Below are positions 35,306 to 46,821 of a DNA stretch of 64,000 bases, piece after piece; the first letter of the stretch is position 1; each line of letters starts with the position of its first letter. Position numbers and translations under genes: made by a program. The stretch is from the NCBI GenBank assembly GCA_963733375.1, contig CAVTDB010000003.1, positions 224,001 to 288,000 of the forward strand, written 5' to 3'. Under the pieces are notes generated by a model that was not told the origin of the DNA, did no database searches, and saw only the letters and a program-made list of their open reading frames with translations. This stretch comes from Nitrospirota bacterium. Its GTDB lineage: Bacteria; Nitrospirota; JACRHJ01.

Positions 35306-36055
35306 ATGAAGAAAAGAGCAGGGATTTTATTGATGAGCGGTCTTTTTATAGCTCTTGTTTCGGGCACGGCGCTGGCCACTCCCTCCACCCAGATCTGGAT
35401 ACCCTCCACGGACATCCAGGCATTCAAAACGCTCCATCTGGGCATCGACGATTACGTCAGGACACAGAAAAACCCGGACGGCACGTACTCGCCGATAGCT
35501 TATGACGCAGGCCTCACGGCTGGCGTCCTGCCATTCGACAAGATTCAGGCGGAGATAGGCGTGGATTACATCCGGGGCCTAAGCGCCGCGGCCGACGACA
35601 GGCCGGTATTCTTCAACGCCAAGCTGGCCACGCCGGAAGACTCGATAGTCAAGTGGTCGCCGGCCCTGGCGATAGGCTCTTACGACCTGGGATACGACAG
35701 CAAGACGAACTACGCCATCTCGTACGTCCTCGCCGCCAGGACGTTCCCGGTCATCGGCAGGCTCTCCGCCGGCTGGTATATCGGCAACGCCGCCCTTTTG
35801 AAGGACCAGAACGGAAGCACCGACAATAACGGCGTCCTGCTCTCCTGGGACCGCACCATGACCGAGATATCCGACAAGCTCTGGATGGCGGTGGACTACC
35901 AGGGCGGCGACAACCTCTTCGGCGCGACCAGCTTCGGCGTATCATGGGCGTTCTCCAAGAACGTCTCCGTCATCGTCGGCTACGACATCTATGCAAGGAA
36001 GGCCACCGGCGGCCAGCCGACCTTCACGACGCAGCTTGATATCAACTTCCCGTAA
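35306..36055 (+). CDS. uncharacterised exported protein, probable outer-membrane beta-barrel
   Basis: Signal peptide ending ALA-TP, alternating hydrophobic beta-strand patterns, C-terminus TTQLDINFP; first gene of the amtB-glnK unit. Confidence 0.65.
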   Translation: MKKRAGILLMSGLFIALVSGTALATPSTQIWIPSTDIQAFKTLHLGIDDYVRTQKNPDGTYSPIAYDAGLTAGVLPFDKIQAEIGVDYIRGLSAAADDRPVFFNAKLATPEDSIVKWSPALAIGSYDLGYDSKTNYAISYVLAARTFPVIGRLSAGWYIGNAALLKDQNGSTDNNGVLLSWDRTMTEISDKLWMAVDYQGGDNLFGATSFGVSWAFSKNVSVIVGYDIYARKATGGQPTFTTQLDINFP

Positions 36056-36161
36056 AACCGTTCTTTTCTTTCGCGAGAAAGAAAAGAACCAAAAGAAAGC
36101 GGGACTGTTTTTTGGCTAAAAAGTTTTTGGCGTTACCTTTTTCCCAAAAAGGTAACGGTTT
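36054..36161 (+). repeat. REPIN-like double-hairpin element, copy 5
   Basis: AAAACC-GTTCTTTTCTTTC/GAAAGAAAAGAAC-CAAAAGAAAG...AAAAGTTTTTGGC-GTTACCTTTTT/AAAAAGGTAAC-GGTTT. Confidence 0.93.
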
Positions 36162-36190
36162 AAAAAACCAGACAAAAAAAGGGTGAAAAA

Positions 36191-37835
36191 GTGAAAAAGA
36201 CGTTCAAGAAGTACATACCAATAATATTCGGGCTTGCCCTTCTTGTAGGGCTTGCCACGGCGGCATTCCCGGACGACAAGCCGGCGGCGGCTCCGGCAAT
36301 GGGCGGCGCTACCACCGCGGCGCCCGCGGCTTCCGAACCCCAGCCTGACCCGTCCGGCGTAAATACCGGCGTCGCGGCCGACGCGGTGGGCGAGGCGCCT
36401 AATTCACCCACTGCCGACGACATGACGAAGCTCGGAAAGACCGAGCCGCTGGCGCTGAAGCTGGCGGACAGCGTCGGCCATAACCGCATAGCCATAAACT
36501 TCGTATGGACACTGGTCACCGGCTTCCTGGTCATGTTCATGCAGGCCGGGTTCGCAATGGTGGAGACCGGCTTCACCCAGGCGAAGAACGCGGGCCATAC
36601 CATGGCCATGAACTTCATGGTCTATCCCCTGGGCATGCTGGGTTATTGGGCAATGGGCTTCGCCCTCCAGATGGGCGGCGTCGGCGGCGTCGCATCGCTT
36701 GGCGCGGGCACGGGAGTGCTGAACCACGAGTTCATCCTGCACATGTTCGGCCACGACTTCGGCCTGTTCGGCCTGAAGGCGTTTTTCCTGTCCGGCGGGT
36801 CTTACGATACCGGCGTCTTCACGCTTTTCCTGTTCCAGATGGTGTTCATGGACACCACCGCCACCATCCCGACCGGCGCGATGGCGGAGAGGTGGAACTT
36901 CAAGTCGTTCGTGATATACGGCCTCTTCGTCGGCGCGGTCATCTATCCGCTTTATGCGAACTGGGTATGGGGCGGCGGCTGGCTTAGCCAGCTCGGGCAT
37001 AATTTCGGCCTGGGCCACGGCCACGTGGATTTCGCAGGCTCCTCCGTCGTCCACATGACAGGCGGCGTCATAGGCCTGGCCGGAGCGATCGTGTTGGGGC
37101 CGCGCATCGGGAAGTTCAACAAGGACGGCTCCCCTAACGCCATACCCGGCCATCACATGCCGATGGCGATAGTCGGCTGCTTCATCCTGGCCTTCGGCTG
37201 GTTCGGGTTCAACCCCGGCTCCACCCTGGCGGGCACGGACTTGCGGATCGGCGTGGTGGCGACAAACACGATGCTCGCCAGCGCGGGCGGCGCGTTTTCG
37301 ACGATGATTTACATGTGGATTCGATACGGAAAGCCGGACATCAGCATGATAGCCAACGGCTTCCTGGCGGGCCTGGTCGCGATCACTGCGCCCTGCGCCT
37401 TCGTCACCGCCCCGATTGCGGTATTTATCGGCGCTGGTCGCGGGCGTTTTGGTCTGCTTCTCGGTATTCTTCGTGGAGCGCACCCTGAAGCTTGACGACC
37501 CGGTCGGCGCGATATCCGTGCACGGGGTTAACGGCGCATGGGGCGTTTTGGCCCTGGGGCTTTTCGCCGACGGCAAATACGGCGACGGCTTAAACGGCGT
37601 GGCGGGTACCGTAAAGGGGCTTTTCTACGGCGACCCCTCTCAGTTCCTGGCCGAAGTGATCGGCACGGCAACGAACATTATCGTTATATTCATAATCTCC
37701 TATGTCTTCTTCAAGGTCCTCGACAAGGTAGTCGGCCTGAGGGTTCCGCCGGAAGTCGAGGAAGAAGGGCTCGACATGGCCGAGGTCGCGGTCAGGGCGT
37801 ATCCGGACTTCAACATCAAGACCATCCACCATTAA
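36191..37835 (+). CDS. amtB: ammonium transporter with long N-terminal extension (frameshift near 37435)
   Basis: FMQAGF, GAMAER, DFAGSSVVH, FGWFGFN, NG.LAGLVAITA and LDDPVGAISVHG. Confidence 0.95.
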
Positions 37836-37850
37836 TCTGGCGGACGATAA

Positions 37851-38201
<351 letters not shown>

Positions 38202-38258
38202 CTCCTCCCTGGGGGCCGGGCATGGTGCCCGGTCTCCGTTTTACTTTTAAAGGAAGAA

Positions 38259-39611
38259 ATGACTCCGCAACCGATAGTAATGGACGCCACGTTCTGGATG
38301 GCGACGGCGATATTCGTAGTCGCGTACGCGCTCATTATAACCGAGGGCATACACAAGACCGTGGTGGCGCTATGCGGGGCGTCGCTGGTTATACTGCTGG
38401 GCATCCTGAAACAGGAAGAAGCTTTTCATTCCCTTGATTTAGGGGTGGACTGGAACGTCATATTCCTGCTTCTGTCCATGATGATAATCGTTGACCTGAT
38501 GAAGCCCACGGGCGTATTCGAGTACGTCGCGATAAAGAGCGCAAAGCTGGGGAAGGGCTCGCCCGGCAGGATACTGGTGATTTTCGCGGTAGTGACGGCG
38601 GTAGCTTCCGCATTCCTGGACAACGTGACTACCGTGCTGCTGATAGCCCCCGTTACTATTCACATCGCCGACGTCCTGGACGTGGACCCGATCCCCTTCC
38701 TGATTTCCTGCGCTATTGCATCCAACATAGGCGGCACGGCGACATTGATCGGAGACCCGCCCAACATAATGATAGGCTCCAGGGCGCACCTGGACTTCAT
38801 GGCTTTCATTTATCACCTGGCGCCCGTCATCATCATAGTACTTGTCGCGTATCTGCTTGCGGCCAGGTTCATCTGGGGCGAAGGACTAAGGACGCGCGAC
38901 GACTTGAAGGCGCGGCTCATGGAGATGGACGAGCGGGAGGCGATCAAGGACTTTCCGCTCCTGATGAAATCCCTTGCGGTGCTGGGCGCGGTGATGGCGG
39001 GCTTCGTCCTACACGGCAGGTTAGGGCTCCAGCCCGCCACGGTAGCCCTCTCCGGGGCCGCCCTGATGCTCCTCCTGGCACGCAAAGATGCGCCGGAAGG
39101 CTCTCTGCTCGCGGTCGAGTGGTCCGCGCTCTTCTTTTTTATAGGACTTTTTATAATTATCGGCGGGGTGGTCAAGGTCGGTCTGATAGGGTGGCTTTCC
39201 GTGCAGGTACTGGGCCTGACACATGGTAACACGTTCTGCACCAGCATGCTGGTGATGTGGTTCTCGGCGTTCGCGTCGGCATTTATCGATAACATCCCGT
39301 TCGTGGCCACGATGAACCCGCTCATCATAGACATGGCAAAAGAGATGCACCCGGGGCTTACCGGGACCGCGCTTTTGCACAGCGCAGACCTCATGCCCGT
39401 CTGGTGGTCGCTTGCCCTCGGGGCCTGCCTTGGCGGGAACGGCACGGCCATCGGCGCATCCGCGAATGTAATCGTCGTGGGCATGTCGGAGAAAATGGGA
39501 AGGAAGATCACTTTCGGGCGATTCATGCTTTACGGCATGCCGGTCATGGTGATGACCGTGGCGATATCCGCCATTTACGTCTGGCTCAGGTATTATGTGC
39601 TGAAGATATAA
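38259..39611 (+). CDS. ArsB/NhaD-family (IT superfamily) ion transporter
   Basis: SAFLDNVTT, ASNIGGTATLIGDPPN, DNIP and GGNGTAIGASAN. Confidence 0.88.
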   Translation: MTPQPIVMDATFWMATAIFVVAYALIITEGIHKTVVALCGASLVILLGILKQEEAFHSLDLGVDWNVIFLLLSMMIIVDLMKPTGVFEYVAIKSAKLGKGSPGRILVIFAVVTAVASAFLDNVTTVLLIAPVTIHIADVLDVDPIPFLISCAIASNIGGTATLIGDPPNIMIGSRAHLDFMAFIYHLAPVIIIVLVAYLLAARFIWGEGLRTRDDLKARLMEMDEREAIKDFPLLMKSLAVLGAVMAGFVLHGRLGLQPATVALSGAALMLLLARKDAPEGSLLAVEWSALFFFIGLFIIIGGVVKVGLIGWLSVQVLGLTHGNTFCTSMLVMWFSAFASAFIDNIPFVATMNPLIIDMAKEMHPGLTGTALLHSADLMPVWWSLALGACLGGNGTAIGASANVIVVGMSEKMGRKITFGRFMLYGMPVMVMTVAISAIYVWLRYYVLKI

Positions 39612-39616
39612 TGACA

Positions 39617-39781
39617 TGCACAGTAATTGTGCAACTTGTGACTTGCTGCCCTTTTTATGTGCAGTGAAACAAAAATGTATGCCAATTTTGTAGTCATGCT
39701 CAAAAATTAGATTTATTCTTGTTTTCCCGTGGGTTACGCGGGTAACACACTGGTGTGCCTCCTCCTGGCACGGACTTTGTA
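39617..39781 (+). promoter_or_regulatory. tandem NtrC-type sites and sigma54 promoter for the second amtB-glnK
   Basis: TGCACAGTAATTGTGCA (39617-39633), TGCCCTTTTTATGTGCA (39647-39663) and TGGCACGGACTTTGTA (39766-39781). Confidence 0.8.
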
Positions 39782-39858
39782 ATAAAGCCCGACAGGGACA
39801 GGTTTAACTTCGGCCGGCAAGACGCCTTGGCTGAAATTAGCGAGGAGGAGAAAAAACA

Positions 39859-41540
<1,682 letters not shown>

Positions 41541-41542
<2 letters not shown>

Positions 41543-41652
41543 AAACCTTGTTACTTTCTTTTGCGAAAAAGAAAGTAACACAAAGAAAACGGGACTTAAA
41601 AACAGTCTAAAAGTTTTTGGCGTTACCTTTTTACCAAAAAGGTAACAAAGGT
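41541..41652 (+). repeat. REPIN-like double-hairpin element, copy 6
   Basis: ACCTT-GTTACTTTCTTTT/AAAAGAAAGTAAC...GTTACCTTTTT/AAAAAGGTAAC-AAAGGT. Confidence 0.93.
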
Positions 41653-41688
41653 CTAAGATGCACGTAAAAGAGATCATCCGGCGTAAAG

Positions 41689-42027
41689 GTGGCCATAACG
41701 GAGGACCGGGCCTACAAGCCCGCGTCCCCCGGCCTCCCCGCCAGAAGATACTATCTGGAAACCGAGTCCTACAGGTGGAGCGTATTCCTCTGGGAGTACG
41801 AGCTGAAGGAAACCGGCACGCCTCTTTTTTGCGCGAAGGCGGACGAAGGCTTCTCCGCGTACGGCTTCACGAGGAACGAGGCCATAAACGGCATAGCCTC
41901 CATCATGGGAAGGCAGGTCCGCGCCTTCGCCTTATCAAAGCAGGAAATCAGCCTGGAGAAGGTGCGGCACTACCTGGACAAATCGGACGTGGAACGCGAA
42001 TCCAAAAAACCCCGCCGCAGGAAATAG
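41689..42027 (+). CDS. hypothetical protein, weakly HicB-like
   Basis: 112-aa ORF filling the gap before tpiA; segment AYGFTRNEAINGI resembles the HicB GxTxxEA motif. Confidence 0.5.
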   Translation: MAITEDRAYKPASPGLPARRYYLETESYRWSVFLWEYELKETGTPLFCAKADEGFSAYGFTRNEAINGIASIMGRQVRAFALSKQEISLEKVRHYLDKSDVERESKKPRRRK

Positions 42028-42074
42028 CAATCCCCCGCCTCCTTATGCAGGTTACTGTAACACGTTGTTTTGTC

Positions 42075-42103
42075 TTGACAGAAAACCCCAAAAATAATAG
42101 ACT
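42075..42103 (+). promoter_or_regulatory. sigma70 promoter giving a leaderless tpiA transcript
   Basis: TTGACA-17bp-TAGACT, 8 nt before the ATG; no SD. Confidence 0.65.
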
Positions 42104-42111
42104 CAACCGTT

Positions 42112-42873
42112 ATGGTCCGAAAACCTGTCATAGCCGGAAACTGGAAGATGCATCTTACGGTCCCAGAAGCACTGGAGCTGGTTCGGGGCATTATTTCCTC
42201 GTGTTCCGGGAAGACCGGGGTCGAGGTGGTGATAGGCCCGCCCTTTACCGCGCTCCACGCAACTTCTTGCGAGATAAAGGGAAAAGGCATAGGCCTTGCC
42301 GCCCAGAACATGCATTACGAGCCGAAAGGGGCGTTTACCGGCGAGATTTCCGCCCCCATGCTGATAGACGCCGGATGCACGCACGTCATCATCGGCCACT
42401 CCGAGCGCAGGCAGTATTTCTGCGAGACGGACGAAGGGGTAAATAAGAAGGTAAAGACGGCGCTCGCGGCTCGGTTGACCCCAATCATGTGCGTCGGCGA
42501 AACCTTGGCCGAGAGGGAATCCGGCTTAGCGTTCAAGGTAATAGAAACCCAGTTAAATGGCGGCGTTGCCGGGCTGACGCCTGAGCAGGCCGAGAAAATA
42601 ATCGTGGCCTACGAGCCGGTCTGGGCGATAGGGACGGGCAAGACCGCGTCGCCCGAGCAGGCGCAGGAAGTCCATAAGTTCATCCGGGAAAAATTATTGG
42701 GCACATTCGGAGAGAACGCCGCATCCAGGGTTCGGGTGCTGTACGGCGGGAGCGTAAAGCCCGATAATGTCAAGAGTTTAATGGCAATGGAAGACATCGA
42801 CGGCGCCCTGGTGGGCGGCGCATGTTTAAAGGCGGACTCCTTTTCCGCCCTCGTTAATTATTCGGAGGTATAG
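42112..42873 (+). CDS. tpiA: triosephosphate isomerase
   Basis: AGNWKM, IGHSERR, AYEPVWAIGTG and LYGGSV. Confidence 0.98.
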   Translation: MVRKPVIAGNWKMHLTVPEALELVRGIISSCSGKTGVEVVIGPPFTALHATSCEIKGKGIGLAAQNMHYEPKGAFTGEISAPMLIDAGCTHVIIGHSERRQYFCETDEGVNKKVKTALAARLTPIMCVGETLAERESGLAFKVIETQLNGGVAGLTPEQAEKIIVAYEPVWAIGTGKTASPEQAQEVHKFIREKLLGTFGENAASRVRVLYGGSVKPDNVKSLMAMEDIDGALVGGACLKADSFSALVNYSEV

Positions 42874-42879
42874 GGTATA

Positions 42880-43207
42880 ATGGTTACTTTTCTTATGATA
42901 ATTCATGTAATTGTCTGTCTGGCTGTCGTGCTGGTAGTCCTTCTCCAGCAAGGTAAAGGGGCCAGCGTCGGCGCGACTTTCGGCACGGGCGGCTCTCAGA
43001 CCGTATTCGGAAGCCGTGGCGCGGGCAATTTCCTGACGAAGCTTACGGCGGCCGCCGGCGCGATATTCATGATTACCTCTCTTGCGCTTGCAATACTCGA
43101 ATCGCACGGCACGAGTGCCTCGATAGTCAAGGACGCCTTCCGGGAATGCGGCGACGGCTCCCTCCACCGCCGGTCAACCGGCCCCGGCGCAGAAAGGCGG
43201 CAAATAA
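42880..43207 (+). CDS. secG: preprotein translocase subunit SecG (frameshift near 43138)
   Basis: VLLQQGKG..GATFG..GSQTVFGSRGAGNFLTK. The shifted frame ends ...PAPAQKGGK* at TAA 43205-43207. Confidence 0.92.
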
Positions 43208-43306
43208 GCCGTTACTTTTCTTTCGCAGAAAGAAAGGCGGCCAAAAGAAAGCTGGACAGTTTAAAAGTTTTTGGCGTTACCTTTTTACTAAAAAGGTAAC
43301 GGTTTT
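43208..43306 (+). repeat. REPIN-like double-hairpin element, copy 7
   Basis: Same architecture; the first hairpin is chimeric (GTTAC left arm, GGCGG right arm). Confidence 0.9.
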
Positions 43307-43336
43307 AGGGGGCTCTGATTTCGAGTCCCCTTTTTT
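43307..43336 (+). terminator. intrinsic terminator of tpiA-secG
   Basis: AGGGGGCTC-loop-GAGTCCCCT followed by TTTTT. Confidence 0.75.
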
Positions 43337-43354
43337 GTCCTTGGGAGGTAATCA

Positions 43355-44953
43355 TTGAAAAGGGTTGCCGTATTGGCCTTGGGTTTATTTCTCCTGCTCT
43401 CGGCATGTGGTAAAAAACACGAAGAGGGGCTGGTCAGGGACCCGGATTACCTCACTGTCGCAATGGGCGCGGACGCCAAAAGGTTAATCCCGATGCTGGC
43501 GACCGATTCCGCCTCCGGAGACATATCCGGCCTGATTTTCCAGGGCCTGACGAAATACGACAAGGACATAAAGATTACCGGCGACCTGGCCGAAAACTGG
43601 GACGTATCGAAGGACGGGCTGGTGATAACCTTCCATCTGCGCAAGAACGTGAAGTGGCAGGACGGAAAGCCTTTTACCGCGGACGACGTACTCTTTACCT
43701 ACAAGGTCCTGAAAGACCCGAATACGGCGACACCTTACAGCGATACGCTGGGGCCTGTCGATAAAGTCGAGGCGCTGGACCCGTACACCGTCAGGGTAAC
43801 GTACAAGGAGCCGTTCGCCCCGGCCCTGGAGGCATGGGGGATGGGCGTCATACCGAAGCACCTCCTGGCGGGTAAGGACATAAACAAGGACCCGTTCAAC
43901 CGGCATCCCATAGGGACGAACATGTTCAAGTTCGGCGAGTGGATTACCGGGAACAGGATAGTCCTGGACGCATATGACGATTACTTCGAGGGCAGGCCGC
44001 ATATCGACAAGTACGTCTCCCGCATCCTCCCGGAACAGGCGACGCAATTCCTGGAGTTAAAGACCGGCGGGATAGATCTTATGAACCTCACTCCCATGCA
44101 ATATTCAAGAGAGACCGATACTCCGGAGATAAAGCATCGGTTCAATAAAATCCGCTATCCCGCTTTTGCCTATGATTACCTGGGCTATAACCTGACCAAT
44201 CCCCTGTTCAAGGACAAGCGCGTACGCCAGGCGCTATCATACGCGATAGACCAGAAGGGTATAATACAGGGCGTGCTTTTAGGCCTTGGCACGCCTTGCA
44301 CCGGCCCGTTCCCGCCGGAGTCCTGGGCGTTCAACAAGGACGTGAAGGGATATCCCTACGACCCGGAAAAGGCTAAGGCTATGCTGAAGGAGGCTGGCTG
44401 GACGCCTGGGCCGGACGGGGTGCTGACAAAGGACGGGAAGACTTTCACGTTTACGATACTGGTGAACCAGGCGAACAAACAGCGCCAGATGGCGGCGGAG
44501 ATTATCCAGCAGGACCTGGCCAAGGTCGGCGTCCACGTGGAAATAACCGCGCTGGAATGGCAGGCGCTCCTGCACGACTTCATAGACAAAAAGCGATTCG
44601 AGGCGCTCATCATGGGCTGGGGATTAGGCCGAGACCCCGACTCCTATGATATGTGGTATTCCAAGAAAACCAAGGAAGGTGAATTCAACTTCATAAGCTA
44701 TAATAATCCGGAAGTGGACAAGCTTTTAATCCAGGGCCGGCAGACGTTCGACATCGGGAAGCGGAAGGAGATATATCACCGCATCCACGCGATATTATCG
44801 GACGACGCGCCCTATACCTTCCTGTACGTACCCGACGCCCTGCCGATAATCCATAAACGCTTTAAAGGCGTGAAGAAGGAGCCGCTCGGGATATTCTATA
44901 ATTTAAAGGACTGGTACGTGCCGAGGAACCCGGGAGAATGGTATACACAATAG
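43355..44953 (+). CDS. ABC peptide/nickel-binding lipoprotein (family 5, AppA/OppA-like)
   Basis: Lipobox LSAC; LAENW, FHLRKNVKWQDG.PFTADDV.FT and VRQALSYAID. Confidence 0.9.
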   Translation: MKRVAVLALGLFLLLSACGKKHEEGLVRDPDYLTVAMGADAKRLIPMLATDSASGDISGLIFQGLTKYDKDIKITGDLAENWDVSKDGLVITFHLRKNVKWQDGKPFTADDVLFTYKVLKDPNTATPYSDTLGPVDKVEALDPYTVRVTYKEPFAPALEAWGMGVIPKHLLAGKDINKDPFNRHPIGTNMFKFGEWITGNRIVLDAYDDYFEGRPHIDKYVSRILPEQATQFLELKTGGIDLMNLTPMQYSRETDTPEIKHRFNKIRYPAFAYDYLGYNLTNPLFKDKRVRQALSYAIDQKGIIQGVLLGLGTPCTGPFPPESWAFNKDVKGYPYDPEKAKAMLKEAGWTPGPDGVLTKDGKTFTFTILVNQANKQRQMAAEIIQQDLAKVGVHVEITALEWQALLHDFIDKKRFEALIMGWGLGRDPDSYDMWYSKKTKEGEFNFISYNNPEVDKLLIQGRQTFDIGKRKEIYHRIHAILSDDAPYTFLYVPDALPIIHKRFKGVKKEPLGIFYNLKDWYVPRNPGEWYTQ

Positions 44954-45023
44954 AAGCGGGCATATTTGCGAGCGGACATTTACCCGAAGGACCCTTCCGA
45001 GAGCGAGCAAATGATGCCTGCTT
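44954..45023. repeat. REP-like hairpin carrying a TTTAC-tagged insertion
   Basis: Arms AAGCGGGCAT-ATTTGC / GCAAAT-G-ATGCCTGCTT around GAGCG[25 bp]AGAGCGA. Confidence 0.55.
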
Positions 45024-45032
45024 TAAATAAAT

Positions 45033-46010
45033 ATGTCTAATATCTCTGTAAATTCGTTAGTCAAAAAGTACGGCTCCCTGACCGCGGTGGACGGCATATC
45101 GTTCGAGGTCGCGCCGGGCGAGGTATTCGGTTTTCTCGGGCCGAACGGGGCGGGGAAATCCACCACCATATCCATCCTCTGCACGCTTCTGTCCCCCACT
45201 TCAGGCCATGCCTCCGTGGGGGGTTTCGACTGCGTGAGGGACGCGGACTCCGTGCGCCGCTCCATAGGGATAATCTTTCAGGACCCGACGCTCGACAACG
45301 GCCTGACTGCTTATGAAAACCTTCTTTTCCACGCATACCTCTACGGTCTGGACAGGGTAACGGCGAAAAAGAGAATAGAGGACGCGATTTCGTTAGTCGG
45401 CCTCTCCGCCAGGAAGAACGAGCTTGTGCGGAGGTTCTCCGGCGGCATGAAAAGGCGGCTGGAGATAGCGCGCGGCATCTTGAATTACCCCAAGGTGCTG
45501 TTCATGGACGAGCCTACTCTGGGACTCGACCCGCAGACCAGAAACATGATATGGGAATTCATACGCGAGCTGAAAAAGACCACCGGCATTACCGTATTTA
45601 TGACCACCCATTACCTGGAAGAGGCGGAGTTCTGCGACAGGATTGCGATAATCGACCTGGGTAAGATTATCGCGTCCGGGACCCCGGCCGAGCTGAAGTC
45701 CGGGCTTCACGGCGATACCTTGAAACTCTCCGCCGACGACCCGAAGGTCTTGGCGTCGGAGCTTCGGGAGAAATTTCAAATGGAGCCGAGATTAACCGAC
45801 GGCGGCGTTACCCTCACGGTGGAGAAGGGGGAAGAGGTGCTGCCGGTACTGATAAAAGGACTCTCCACCCGGATTACCTCCGTCAGCATGACCCGGCCCA
45901 CCTTGAACGACGTATTCTTAAGCCTGACGGGCAAGAGCATACGCGAAGAGAACTCCGACCCTTACGGCCCCATGCGTTCCTACGCCCGCAAGGCCTCCGG
46001 GAGGCATTGA
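45033..46010 (+). CDS. ABC-2 exporter ATP-binding subunit (DrrA-like)
   Basis: GPNGAGKST, FSGGMKRRLEIARG, DEPTLGLD and RPTLNDVFL. Confidence 0.92.
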   Translation: MSNISVNSLVKKYGSLTAVDGISFEVAPGEVFGFLGPNGAGKSTTISILCTLLSPTSGHASVGGFDCVRDADSVRRSIGIIFQDPTLDNGLTAYENLLFHAYLYGLDRVTAKKRIEDAISLVGLSARKNELVRRFSGGMKRRLEIARGILNYPKVLFMDEPTLGLDPQTRNMIWEFIRELKKTTGITVFMTTHYLEEAEFCDRIAIIDLGKIIASGTPAELKSGLHGDTLKLSADDPKVLASELREKFQMEPRLTDGGVTLTVEKGEEVLPVLIKGLSTRITSVSMTRPTLNDVFLSLTGKSIREENSDPYGPMRSYARKASGRH

Positions 46011-46780
46011 TGGCTAATCTTTCGCACGAGCTTAAGGCGATATACGTCATCTCCTTCCGGGAGCTTCGGAAGTTCATCCGGGAAAGAAGCCGCATAATGG
46101 GTACGATGGCCCGGCCAATATTGTGGCTTTTCGTGTTGGGCGGCGGGATGGGCAGGATAGTCACCCTCCCCGGCGGCGGCATAACTTACACACAGTTTCT
46201 TTTTCCCGGGATATTGGGCTTTACTATCCTCTTCGCGTCCATATTCTCCGCCATATCGATTGTCTGGGACAGGGAGTTCGGATTTTTAAAGGAGATACTG
46301 GTCGCGCCCATCTCCAGGTTTTCGGTCGTCGCCGGCAAGGCTATGGCCGGTACGTCCATATCCCTGTTCCAGGTATTGATCATGTCTGTTTTTATCCCGG
46401 TACTGGGAATAAAAATAGGTTTTGTCCAATTCCTGCTGCTGTTGATGTCGGCGGGACTGCTTGCTTTTTCGATGACCTGTTTCGGGATACTTGTAGCTGC
46501 GAGCATGCGCTCCTATGAAGGGTTCAACGTAGTAATGAATTTAATCGTCATGCCGATGTACTTTCTGTCAGGCGCGATGTATCCGATAAAGCGTCTGCCC
46601 TCCGTGCTTAAGGAGCTTACCCGCGCAAATCCTTTGACATATGGAATAGACGCGATGAAGAACATATTGGGCGCTTCTTTCAGGCCTGAGTATCCTATCT
46701 TTGTTGACCTTGCGGTGTTAATAGGGTTTTTGGCCGTAACCGCCACATTGGCTAATTTATCTTTCAGGAGAGCGGCCTGA
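46007..46780 (+). CDS. ABC-2 exporter permease (DrrB-like)
   Basis: DREFGFLKEILVAP, FLSGAMYP and NPLTYGID; about 6 TM segments. Confidence 0.9.
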   Translation: MMANLSHELKAIYVISFRELRKFIRERSRIMGTMARPILWLFVLGGGMGRIVTLPGGGITYTQFLFPGILGFTILFASIFSAISIVWDREFGFLKEILVAPISRFSVVAGKAMAGTSISLFQVLIMSVFIPVLGIKIGFVQFLLLLMSAGLLAFSMTCFGILVAASMRSYEGFNVVMNLIVMPMYFLSGAMYPIKRLPSVLKELTRANPLTYGIDAMKNILGASFRPEYPIFVDLAVLIGFLAVTATLANLSFRRAA

Positions 46781-46783
46781 GGA

Positions 46784-46812
46784 TTGACTTCCCGTCCCCG
46801 GTGGCTTACAAT
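46784..46812 (+). promoter_or_regulatory. sigma70 promoter giving a near-leaderless thiF transcript
   Basis: TTGACT-17bp-TACAAT, 9 nt before ATG 46822; no SD. Confidence 0.6.
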
Positions 46813-46821
46813 TTTAATATC

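Noticed and set aside
36404-37576. Long antisense and alternative-frame ORFs (e.g. 390 aa opposite amtB; also 17211..17963, 38813..39526, 41658..42446)
   Set aside because: Shadow ORFs produced by GC-rich codon bias over well-supported genes.
43208-43354. tRNA-Leu, often found after secG
   Set aside because: No cloverleaf or T-arm; the space holds a repeat copy and a terminator.
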